NCBI GenBank assembly: GCA_009602725.1
Contig: WELB01000016.1
Coordinates: 497,427 to 561,426, forward strand
DNA from: Spirogloea muscicola
Lineage: Eukaryota
DNA length: 64,000 bases
Direction of reading: 5' to 3'
Each line of letters starts with the position of its first letter. Positions within the stretch are counted from its first letter, which is position 1. A program made the position numbers and the translations under genes. The notes below the pieces were generated by a model. That model was not told where the DNA came from and made no database searches. It saw only the letters and a program-made list of their open reading frames with translations. Shown one piece after another: positions 11,727-22,700 of the stretch.

Positions 11727-14700
11727 ATGGCGGCACCGCAATGGGCTCCCGCTGCTGCTGCGGCGGCGCTGGCCCTCCTCCTCGTCGCCCTCGCGACCGT
11801 CGCCGCCGCCGGCCAGCCGACGGCGTTCGAGGTCCTCGTCGCCAGCCGGGGCGTGCGGCTGCAGCCGCCGGAGCGCGCAGCCGGCGGATCCCTGGCGCCC
11901 CGCCGCCGCGTGATCGACGGCGCGTACCCCGGGGCGCCGGTGCGGCGCCTGGGCATCCGCGTGCCCGGCCTCGGCTCCACGACTGCTGCCGGCGCATCCC
12001 ATCACGCCCGCAACAAGTACTACCGCTACGCCAGCGTTGCACCGCCGGCGTCCGTCGATTGGCGCCTCGTGCCCCAAGTTCTCCCTTTGGTGAGCCAACT
12101 CCATAGTGGTACTTGGTTTGTACTTGGCAGAATGGTTGGGGATGCTCTTCCTGGGATGCTCTATCCGTATGCCTTAGCAGGTCGAATTGCCAGCTTTTTG
12201 CATAACAGTGTGCAGCTATGGTCATGCTCAACCGCCATTGCCGACACCAACACAATCTCGTAGTGCCCAAAAGCACTGCTTCGCAGCAGTCGCTTGGACT
12301 CGCAGTGATACGCAGCACACCAAATTTTGAAAAGCAATTCGGCCCGTGCCGCTCCTGTCTTGATATCGGCAGGTGAAAAATCAGGGCCAGTGCGACAGCT
12401 GCTGGGCGCTAGTGGCGGCTGACGCCGTCGCGGCATTGCGGGCCATCCAAACGGGCCTGCCTACTGTCGATCTTGCTGCACAGGAGATCTGCGACTGTGC
12501 ACACGAGAGCAGCAGCAGCGACAAAGTCTGTTGCAACGGCGGAGGGTGGCCGCAAGATGCACTGGACTATGTCGCCACCAGCGGCGGCCTCCACTCCGCG
12601 GCCGACTATCCCTACTCGGCTCGTAGCGGGACTTGCGTCCGTGCCAAGGTGGCGGGCGCCGCCAATTTTACAGCCCATATCTCTGGTTGGGAGCTTGTGC
12701 CTGCACTGGACGTGCACGCCCTCAAGCAGGCGGTTGCGAGCCAGGTCTGCTGTTGCTCATCCCTGGCAGAAGTTGATGCACCCACTGCTCTGAATCAGCC
12801 TTGCCTTTCTAGCACACACTGTACAAAAAGCCTGTATGCCCGTCAGAAATCCGACTCAAGAAGGGTTAGTCTCATTCTCATTCTGTTGTTGAGAGATGAA
12901 ACATGGTGGGGCATTCCAATTATTTACCACCAACCCCACTGAAGCCTAGCGGTACACATAGCTTGTAACTGAAAGGCAATGTCTATGCAAGCCCACTTGT
13001 CCTTTCTGTGGGCTGGTCCACTTGCAGCACCTGTTTTTCTTACTTTTCAAGAGCTTCGAAGTGCGTTCCACAAGTTTGTTTCTTAAAGTGTTAATACTCA
13101 TCTCACTGTGCAAATGCACGAGTGAGTTGTGGCTTGCAATTCACTTCCTTGGGCATTCTCACAGATCGTTTACTGATTCTCGAAGCCCCCTTCCCTCCCT
13201 CTGCAGCCTGCAGTCGCCTTTCTTGATGCAAGTGCTTCCGACTTCCAGTCGTGGGCTAGCAGCGACATCTACTCCGGTGCCTGCGGCACAAGCATCAACC
13301 ATGCGGTCCTGGTTGTCGGGTACGGCGTCGACCCCGTCTCCAGCCAGGAGTACTGGATCGTCCGCAACACGTGGGGGGTGCTGTGGGGCGTTGGCGGCTA
13401 TGCGAGAATCGCCATGGTGGCCACTGGCGGCAAGGGCGCCTGCGGCCTGCTGGGGCACAGTCCCCTGGTGCCTATCAAAGACGACGTCAATGCGTGCAGC
13501 GCCCTGCCAAACCCATGTGGCAGTGGCACCTGCCGGACCCTCGGCGGCCCCAGTGGCGGTTACAGCTGCCAATGCCCCGACGAGTATGTGCTGAACACTG
13601 CAGTGCCGGCCGCGCCCAAGTGCGTGCCTGCCTCGCCCTGCAGCCAGAATCCGAGCCCCTGTGGACCGGGCGCCTGCGCTGACGGCCTCGACGGCAGCTA
13701 CACCTGCAAGTGCACTGCCGCAGCTGTCATCGGCGTGAGGGCTGACGGCCACCCCACCTGTGTCCCCCGCGGTGGAGGTGGTGGATCGCCCGCTATCATC
13801 CTGCCCGGCAGCAGCCACTCCTGCGATCATGTCGCGCAAACGTACGGGCTCACCTTGTCCAAGCTCCTTGCTTTCAACCCTGGGCTGGACTGCACCGCTC
13901 CATTGGCAGGTAGCTCTTCATAACGACTTTGCAACACAGCACAGTGTAGTCCTGCTTACTGAGACAAGAATCCGTGCCCTGCATTTGTCACACTCTTCAG
14001 CACTCTGAGTGCAGCACTTTCTCCTGGGCTTGTGTTCTGCATGCAGGGAACATCTTGATAGTGGCTGACGGGGAGACCGAGAGCATCCTATGCTCGTCAA
14101 TGTACCATGTGAAGGACGGCGACACATGTGCAAGCATCCAGACAGCTCATGCCATTGCCGCCGCTGAGTTCCGTAAGGCAAATCCCCTAGTGGATTGCTC
14201 CAAAGTCCATGCTGGCCAGCAGATCTGCGTCCAGCGTTTGGCTGCAAGGCGCACAACGGTGAGCGACCATGTGGGCTGCTGCGGTGCGGCGGTGGAGACG
14301 GAGGACGGCTGCCGGACCTGCGACTGCATCGCACGCAAACACAACATCACTATTGCCGACCTTGCGGAGCTCAATCCAGGGCTCGACTGCAGCCTTAGCA
14401 GCGCCCCACTTCCATCGCGCATCTCCTTGTGCATCAGCCCATTCGCCAGTGGCGTGTCTGCTCTCAACTGCTCCAGCATCTACCGGGTGAAGGCAGGCGA
14501 CACATGCGCAGTGATTGCTTCGGCTGCCGGCCTGACCCATGTGCAGCTGCGGCATCTCAACCCTGGCCTGCAGTGCGACTGGCCGCGCCTGCAGGTTGGG
14601 CAGGCGCTGTGCATCAGCCCCCCACTTTCGTCCGACTACATCAATCTGCGGCCATACCTGGTCGCTGAGGGCGATACTCTCACCCGTATCGCTACGACGG

Positions 14701-15419
14701 TGCATGACGAGTGCGGCGCTGAGGCATCGCCTGCCAACATCTGCTGGTACAACCGCCTGCACGATTGCGAGGCCCTTGCTGCCAACACCACCTTGCAGGT
14801 CAGCATCTGTCTTTACCAGCTTTTGCTGGAAGCGTGTCAACCTGGCAGCCGCTTCGCTAGCGTTATGTCAGATTTGGAACGCACTAAGAATGTGTTTATA
14901 TGAGCAATTGCAATAGTGTCTGACATAGACATGCTGAGGTGTTGACAGCACCATGGTGGAGGAATTATTCTTTCTCTGCACATGACGGTGCTGACCAACG
15001 TTCGACTCTCCGTGGTGCAGATCCCCTGCAAGTGGCCAGGCGTCAGCCGTTACTGCGGTTGCGCTGCTGGTACCAGGGTGTGTGGCTACAACGGCAAGGC
15101 CTACACCTCACTCTGTGATGCCATTTGCAACTATGCGACGCCCATAATTCCAGCGGATCGCTTTGGCAATTGCAATGCATGCGCCATCGCCTGCGAGGGC
15201 CGGTGCTTCGGCGCCATGAACGATATCGCATATGTCGTACCCAACTACTGCTGGGCGTTTGCCCAGTATGCGCCAACGTGCGGCTACCCGCCCTTCCCAC
15301 CCATCACGTACTCGTGCCAGGACTACCTCGTCGAATGCCAGCAGTGTTGCTGGGAGCTTGGCTATGGCAGCCTGGCCTTCGGTTTGTGCTTCAGCCATTG
15401 CCGCCATAACAAGTGCTGA
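11727..15419 (+). CDS. Secreted papain-family (C1A) cysteine protease fused to 2 EGF-like domains, 5 LysM domains and a Kazal-like/Cys-rich tail
   Basis: Exons 11727-12089, 12373-12744, 13207-13909, 14047-14798 and 15021-15419 join in frame through GT-AG introns. Hydrophobic signal peptide [15 protein letters not shown]; catalytic motifs [19 protein letters not shown] (Cys), [11 protein letters not shown] (His), YWIVRNTWG (Asn). EGF-like [19 protein letters not shown] and [18 protein letters not shown]. LysM-like [34 protein letters not shown]. Kazal-like [17 protein letters not shown]. Confidence 0.9.
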
Positions 15420-15949
15420 TGATGACAGGCATTGGCAGCCCGTTCATCCGGCGAAACCTGTGACAGCTGTTGAACGGCTGGCAGAGTGCTATATACCTCC
15501 TGCCCAACTCAGGCTGACACACACGAGGAGAGCAACAAGGTCATTGACAATGATGGGATGCTGGGCCATATTACGATGTTCTCCCAATGAGCAGCCACGC
15601 TCATCTGTAACAATAATACAAAAGCCAGACCAGGTGCACTTCACTCAATCGGGCTGCAGAGCGGCCGAAAGACCTGAGGTCCGTTTATGGTGTGTGCTTT
15701 GAAGTTTCTCTGGCCCCTCCATACTTTGTTCTTTTTTCTGGTCTGGCCACTCACAGCCATCGCCCTTTACTGGAAGAGTCTTTACACTTATATGCTTCAG
15801 AGAGCAGATTGGAGAGGGAGATCATTTGTCAGGCGGGCTGTATGGAATGGTCTAGCTGACTTGTTGACTGTTGTAGAGTCTTGAACGATGAACGGATGGC
15901 TGACATCAGAGGCCAGAAGTGCCAACCCGAAAGCATAGACAAGGGTCTG

Positions 15950-16125
15950 CAGAGTGGAAACAGCGCTTCCATAGCAAGGCGGTGGCTGTGAAAGGCCAGC
16001 CAAAAGAGAAGGGCTCGCCCTTAGAGAAGAGGGGCTGGCAATGCCAGCCCAAAAAAAATGGACAAAGTCCAAAAGCCAAAAGGACTGAAGAAGGTCCGAA
16101 AGAGCCGAACTGGGCAAGTGACAAT
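15950..16125 (-). repeat. Tandem retrotransposon 3'-UTR modules
   Basis: ggctgtgaaaggccagcc and aagggctcgcccttagagaagaggggctggcaatgccagcccaaaaaaaatggacaaagtcc match modules at ~9530, ~56452 and ~57432. Confidence 0.7.
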
Positions 16126-16320
16126 TAACTACTTGTGCAACATGAAAGCTCCTATAAAAGATGAAACACCGATTAGCAATATATGAGTGAGGACGGCAAG
16201 AAGGAAAAGCCGGAGCAGCAGCGGCGGGCGACGACTCAACAGCCGGCACAGCGACATGGGCACACCGTGAGCGCTGCGCCATCGGCCGCCCCGACGACAA
16301 TCGCAGGTGCCCCAGCCCAA

Positions 16321-16393
16321 CGCTGACTACGGGACTTGAACCCGTGACCACGTGGTTAAAAGCCACGCGCTCTACCGACTGAGCTAAGTCAGC
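16321..16393 (-). tRNA. tRNA-Lys, anticodon UUU
   Basis: Reverse complement GCTGACTTAGCTCAGTCGGTAGAGCGCGTGGCTTTTAACCACGTGGTCACGGGTTCAAGTCCCGTAGTCAGCG (73 nt) folds into a cloverleaf: acceptor stem GCTGACT/AGTCAGC, anticodon arm CGTGG-CTTTTAA-CCACG, T arm GGTTCAAGTCC. Confidence 0.95.
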
Positions 16394-16709
16394 ACAACAT
16401 TCTCGGAGGTCGCACATGCCATTTATGGACCATAGCGCGAGCTTTCGTTAACCTAGCGGGGCTGCTCCTTCTACGCGCCCGCTAACTTGCCGCTGGCTTA
16501 GCTATGCGCTCCCCGCTGATTTGTATGTAGGTAAGCAGAGCTCAAGCTAGGGCTTTCTCCATACTCCACTCGTCCTCCCGCCCGGCGGCAGGACCTGGCT
16601 TACCCTCCGCCATAGCCGCTGCCGCCGCCGCCGCCGCCGCCGCCGCCACCGCCGCCGCCGTCGCCGCCGCTNGGCCGCCGCGGCCAGGTGGGGCCAGGCC
16701 GGCGGCGCC

Positions 16710-19700
16710 ATGTTCGGCGCGGCAGCCAGCCGTGAGCCTCCCCATCGCTGCCGCCAGGCCTCTCCCTCTCGTCCTGGCGCCTCTTTGTCCGCCCTGCTTG
16801 GACGATCCTCCACTCCCCTTCCCCCCGCTGCCTCCCTGCTCCGCCCTGCTTGGCTGCTTCTCGTCGCCGCTGGCCACCGCGGTCCCATGGCTCGCCAAGT
16901 CTATGATATCAGGCGAAGGCGCTAGCTAGAATTAACATTGAATATATATATGTATTTTTTGTCTTGTATATTCAAGCAAAGTAGGGTGGAGTAAGTGCCT
17001 CTAGAGGCAGTTCGAAGTCGTTCTTCTTCCGCAAGCCACCCTCTCCGTTGCTGTAGCTGATTGCGTAACGCTGTCCCTCGGGCGCAGCTGCGCTCTGGCA
17101 GCTCGCTCCTCTTTACTGCAACTTAGCTCGTCCTAAGTCCCATGCCTGAGCAAAGTCATATGTGCTCTCGTGCAGCCTTTGGGGCGTCATCGAGCGCGTT
17201 TGGGACGTCCACGTCCGCCAACCCGTTCGCTTCCAGCCAGCAGACCGCCAACCCGTTCGGCGGCGGGGCCAGTGTCACGCCGTTCGGGCAGGTCGCGCAG
17301 CAGCCAGGCGCCGGCACCTCCCTCTTCGGCGGCACCGGCACACCTGCATTCGGCGCGTCCGGAACGCCCGCCTTCGCTTCTCAGACGCCGGGTTTTGGCG
17401 CTGCCCCCCCAGCGGCCAACCCCTTCGGTGCTGCGCCCGCCTTTGGAGCGACGGTGCAGACGCCCGCCTTTGGCACAGGGACGACCAGCTTCGGGTCGCC
17501 TCAGCAGTCCTTCGGAGGATCCCCGGGCGGGGCACCGTCGGCGTTTGGAACACCGGCAAGCTCCGCTGTGCCCGCCTTTGGTGCGTTCGGAGCTACCTCC
17601 TCCTCGGCTGCGGCTCCGATCTTTGGCACCACGTCCGTCTTCGGCGGGGGTGCCTCTATGACTTCGCCCTTTGGCCAGCAGAGCACGCCGGCATTCGGTA
17701 GGGCTTGGTGACCACCATCCTCTGCAGGCGATCGACCTAGGACTAGTTGGACTTACCGTCTTCTGTTCAGTTGATACATTGTTAAGGTTATCGTGTTCTC
17801 AGAGCTATTCTGTGCTTGACACGACAGTCTCGATGGCTTCACCTCCACTTGCTCAATACAGGGAGCGCAGCCACATCAGCTTTTGGGACAACGTCATTTG
17901 GAGCAGTCCCGTTTGGTGGCACGGGGCGGCCGGGCAGCCGTGCGCAGCCGTACGCAACAACCAATGATGCCGACTCCGGCACCGGTGCGCAGGCCGGCAA
18001 ATTCATCTCTATCTCCGCCATGCCTGCTTACAAGCTCAAGAGCCCTGAGGAGCTGCGTTGGGAGGATTATCAGGCCAGTGACAAAGGTAAGCTAGCATCC
18101 CGGACGAGCCATTTATTGGTTTTCTATCTTCTCTGCCACACTTGGTTGGTGGCATCCTGTTCGGGCTGCCCGTTGCAAGCACAATGGGAGGGCACACAGA
18201 GCCTTAGTATTGCGCACACAACGTGCACACTCCTCCCTGGTTCTGGAGTCGCATGGCTCTGATTCTATGCAAATTCGCAAGGGCGACAGGCAAGCGCGGC
18301 GTCCCCTCAGTTGGGTCATGTCTGGGGCATGACACTGCACCACGTCCATGTACCATGTGCATGACCCACAGCGGCCAGTGAATGCTGCAGGTGGCCCCAA
18401 CCCCATGGGCCAGGCGCCAGCAGGGGGCGGCCTCTTTGGCCAGCCGCAGGCGAGCCCGTTCGGGACTGCGCTCCAATTTGGGGCAGCGGCAGCGCCGCCC
18501 AACCCCTTCGGCGCCACGCCCAGCTCGTCATCGCTGTTTGGATCCTCCACCACACCAGCCTTCGGCGCCCCGTCGACCATGCCAGCTTTTGGCAGCACCT
18601 CTGCATTTGGGTCAACATCACCCTCGCCGTTTGGTGCTTCGGCTCCCACCTTTGGCAGCATAAGCACACCTGCTTTTGGAGCATCAACGACCCCCGCGTT
18701 TGGGAGCACCAGCACGCCCTTTGGTAGCACGTCGGCATACGGGGCCCCAACTTCCACGCCATCGATATTCGGCAGCAGCACAACGTCCACATTCGGTGGC
18801 GGGGCCTTTGGCAGCTCCTTGCCAGCCTTTGGGTCGACGTCAGCCTTCCCCTCGTCGTCGCCCTCGTCTTCGCCCTTCGGCACCACAACAAATTCCATCT
18901 TTGGCAACATGAGCTTGCCCTCTGCACCGGCGCCCACGTTTGGCAGCTTTGGGCTTGGAGGCGCCTCACAACCGTCTGCTTTTGGAGCAAGCGCACCAGC
19001 ATTTGGGGCTCCCTCAAGCTCTTCACCGTTCAGCTCTTCCCTCTTTGGCAACACAGGCGCGGCGTCGTCCTTTGGTGCCTTTGGGGCCATGACGAAGCCC
19101 GGCGGTTTGGGTCAGTCCTCGGTGAGCTTGCCACTTGAATATCCTGGGTCTTTGACGTCCTCGTTGATCACAATGATACATTCTTGAGGCTGGCAATCAT
19201 GGCTGTACACTAGTAAGGTCTGAAAGTACACAATGGGCTGCAGAATCTGGCAATCTTGAAGTGAATAAGGTGCACTTTCTCAGGGCAGGCAGGTGTTGCA
19301 TCACCCAAGGTTGTCCTTTCACAGTTAGTGTGCTTTCACCTTGCAGGCCACTCCTACATTTGGTAACTTTGGAGCTACTGCACCATCCACTGGCAGCACC
19401 TTCAGTTTTGCCAATTTTGGGCAGAGCCAGCCAAGTATGACCACTTTGGTTCAGCAGATGAGACTGGTGTTCCTCTTACTAGCTAATTTGACTGCAGCCT
19501 TCATCACAGACATGTCTGTCATTAATGAGCTGACTTGAGTGATACCTTGTGCAGGCAGCAACTTAAATATATTTGGCACGTCACCAACTCCAGCTTTTGG
19601 GATGCCATCCTTCTCAACTCAGTGAGCTGCTTGAGCTCAATCACGTCGTCCAGCACTGCATCTTGTGGGCTGCCATCATATTAGAGACTGCAGGAATGGG

Positions 19701-22700
19701 AGGACTGGTGCTCTCTCTGCAATCTGTCATGATAGAATCTTCTTGGCACAGTAATATGACCACACTCTTTTCAAGTTAGGGCTCTGATACCTGGAACTAC
19801 TCGTCGTTGCGCAGTATTTTGACACCATGCTCCATGCAGGCCTGCAGTCCAAACCGGTTTGTTCGCTGGCACGCCTCCGCCTGTGGCTACGCCATTTGGC
19901 ACCCTGCCAGCCATGCCGCAACTGGCGCTGACCAGTCGCAGCCCCACGCAGTATGGCATCTCCAGTCTTCCAGTAAGTGGCATCCTGATGTCATTATAGA
20001 GCTGGATGTCTTTCTGTGTGCAGCCATTGCTATACAACATTGCAGTTGACCTACTTTAGCAATTGGATGCAGCCTTATGTATGTCTGCGGTCTCATATCC
20101 TGGTTATGCCTAGCAACTGCATTGGACCGTAAATATTGCAGGATCTTGCTGTCATCTCTGGCAGGTATATTGTAGGATATCTTCGTTCAGTAGCAACGTT
20201 CAGGCCGTGTGGATAGTAGGATGTGTTACAAGTAGCACCATGCAGATCGCATAGATCATATCTTGATACAGAGGGTCGCGTTTAAGTGCAGTGCATGCTC
20301 GACCCTCGCAGGTCATTGACAAAGCTGCGACAATGAGGACATCGTCACTGCTCACGCCTAGGCATGTCACAACCAGGTCCAATGTCCGAGTCCATGCACG
20401 GCGGCATCAGCCCAAAAGTAACCTCCCCAAGGTTGGTTGTCAGTCCTCCCAGAATGCTCGATGCAAAGTAGAGACCAGAATAGCATGCAACATGGCGGTT
20501 ATCGACATCTTGTCTCCTATCACTTACTCACTCAACAATGCATACTGGACAACTGTCCGTCCTCTGGTAGTCGAAAGCTTAGCTCCTCGCCTTCCGGTGC
20601 TGCCATAGGTTTCCTTTTTCAGCGAAGGCGAAGACATGTCAGCAGGTGCGCCCAAGGCCGATGTGGCGTTTGTGCCCAGGGAGAAGCCTCGGGCACTCTT
20701 CATTCGCCAGCCAGGACCTCCCAAAGCTTCACTGCGCCCGTCGCCACAGCAGAACGGTGAGACAATGGAGCATTCTGTCCAGTAGGCTACTGGCTCCATT
20801 TGAGAAAGCGGTCTGTGTAAGAATGTTTCGACGGAGCAGGCTTTGCTGGATCTTTAGATGCACAACATGGCTTTGCATAGGGCATGACTGACGACAAGAA
20901 TTCACGGTGGCTGGGTAGCTTGAGCCCAATTTGTGCAATGAGGCTGCTCTCCTTGAATGTGAAGGTCTTGTAATGCTTGAGCAGTAGTAGAGTCAGCAGG
21001 TACTTTGTGGGGATGACACTGCTTCAGCTTTGAGTATCTGCCTTGCGATTATTGCCCAGCAGTTCTGATGCAGGAGGGTAGGGATAGCCTCAGTCTTACC
21101 TCTGAAGGTGGACTGTGACAGGCAGTGCTAAGGAAAAGGAGAGGTCCTCGGATGAAGCAGCCAACCATGCTGAAGGGGCTGACCATGCCAGGAGAGGAGC
21201 AAGTAGAGGGGAGAGTAGCAGGGGAGCGGAGGCCGAGAGGGGGCAGCCCACAGATTCGCAAGCTCCCTCAGCGGCCAATGGGGAGGCAGAGCAGAGACCG
21301 CAGAAGCAGCCTGAGGGTCGTTCGGCACGGACCATAGACGCTGTCGGTCACGACCATGGGAACGAAGACACTGGTCGCCAGCAAGGTCATATGAACGGCA
21401 ACCTGGACAAGGAAGAGGGCACCAGTGTGAGGTCTGTGGAGGGCGACGACAGTGAGGAGACAGGAATAGATCGCAGGCGCGATGAGGCCTACAGCAGTGG
21501 CAAGGGTACTCGGGTGGCAGAGGACGGCAGACAGAGGATGGCACTGCCAAGCCTCACTAGTGAGGAGTACTTCACCCAACCAAGGCTCTCAGAGCTTGCT
21601 GCAAAGGAGAGGGCAGATCCAGGGTACTGCAGCCGCGTGCCCAACTTCGTGGTGGGTCGGCGAGGATACGGTCACATCAAGTTTCTCGGGGAGACTGATG
21701 TAAGGGGCTTGTATCTTGAAGCCATAGTGCAATTCAACAAATGCGAGGTGCTGGTGTACATGGACGAGACCGCCAAGCCGCCTGTGGGAAACGAGCTGAA
21801 CAAAGCGGCTGAGGTGGCTCTACTCCAGGTCCACTGTGTGGACAGGGCTACTGGCGAGCACGTCAAGTCGGGGCCCCAGCTTGAGTCGTTTGTGAAAAAG
21901 CTCATCAGGAAGACAGGAGAGCAGGGGGCCAAATTCATGTCGTACTCGCCGGAAAAAGGCGAGTGGGTCTTCCAAGTCGACCACTTCAGCCGATACGGCC
22001 TGAATATGTCAGACGACGACGATGGTGGCGGCGATGATGACGGCAACGAGCCTACTGGCTTGCCCCGAGATGAGGAGGCCCTTATCCCGGTAGGCGTGGC
22101 AGAGTTGTCAATGGACGACCCAGCTGGTGCGGAGTTGGTGCATGCATTGCCGGCTCGACTCGCCCTCGACCCCCAGCGGATTGCGCAGATGCGCCGCCTG
22201 CTCTTTTCTGCAGATGGTGAAACTGGCACAACAGAGGAGCAGCCAAGGGGACACAGTGGCCGCGCAGAGTTGACCACGAAAGTCCGATCGCGACACATGA
22301 GTGTTGGTGGGTCAAGGGGCACTGCCAAGTTGAAGGCGCACGTCACACAGTGGGAGGCCAAGGAGGGGATGGACAACCTCAGCCGTTATCCATGGCGGGA
22401 GCGCAGCCTCCTGGCTCCATCTTGTAATTCGACTGGAGACATCCATAGACCGAGGGAGCCGCTGGCGCAGGCCAAGAGGCAGCGATTGCAGCCCTCCGCA
22501 GGCTTCGTGGCAGCAACTGTGCCATTGGTGACGGAAGGTCGGTCGAGCATGGTGACCGACCTTGGGCTGTTTCTCGGCCGCTCCTTCCGGGTCGGGTGGG
22601 GACCTGGCGGGGTGCTCGTTCACTCAGGTTCTCCAGTGGGCACTCCTCCCAGCGACCTGTCATCACTAATCCACATTGAGGAGGTGGCTCTCTGTGACCC

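Noticed and set aside
16596..16613. Possible first exon ATGGCGGAGG|GTAAGC of a divergent minus-strand gene
   Set aside because: No downstream exons could be identified and the site is next to a single-N join.
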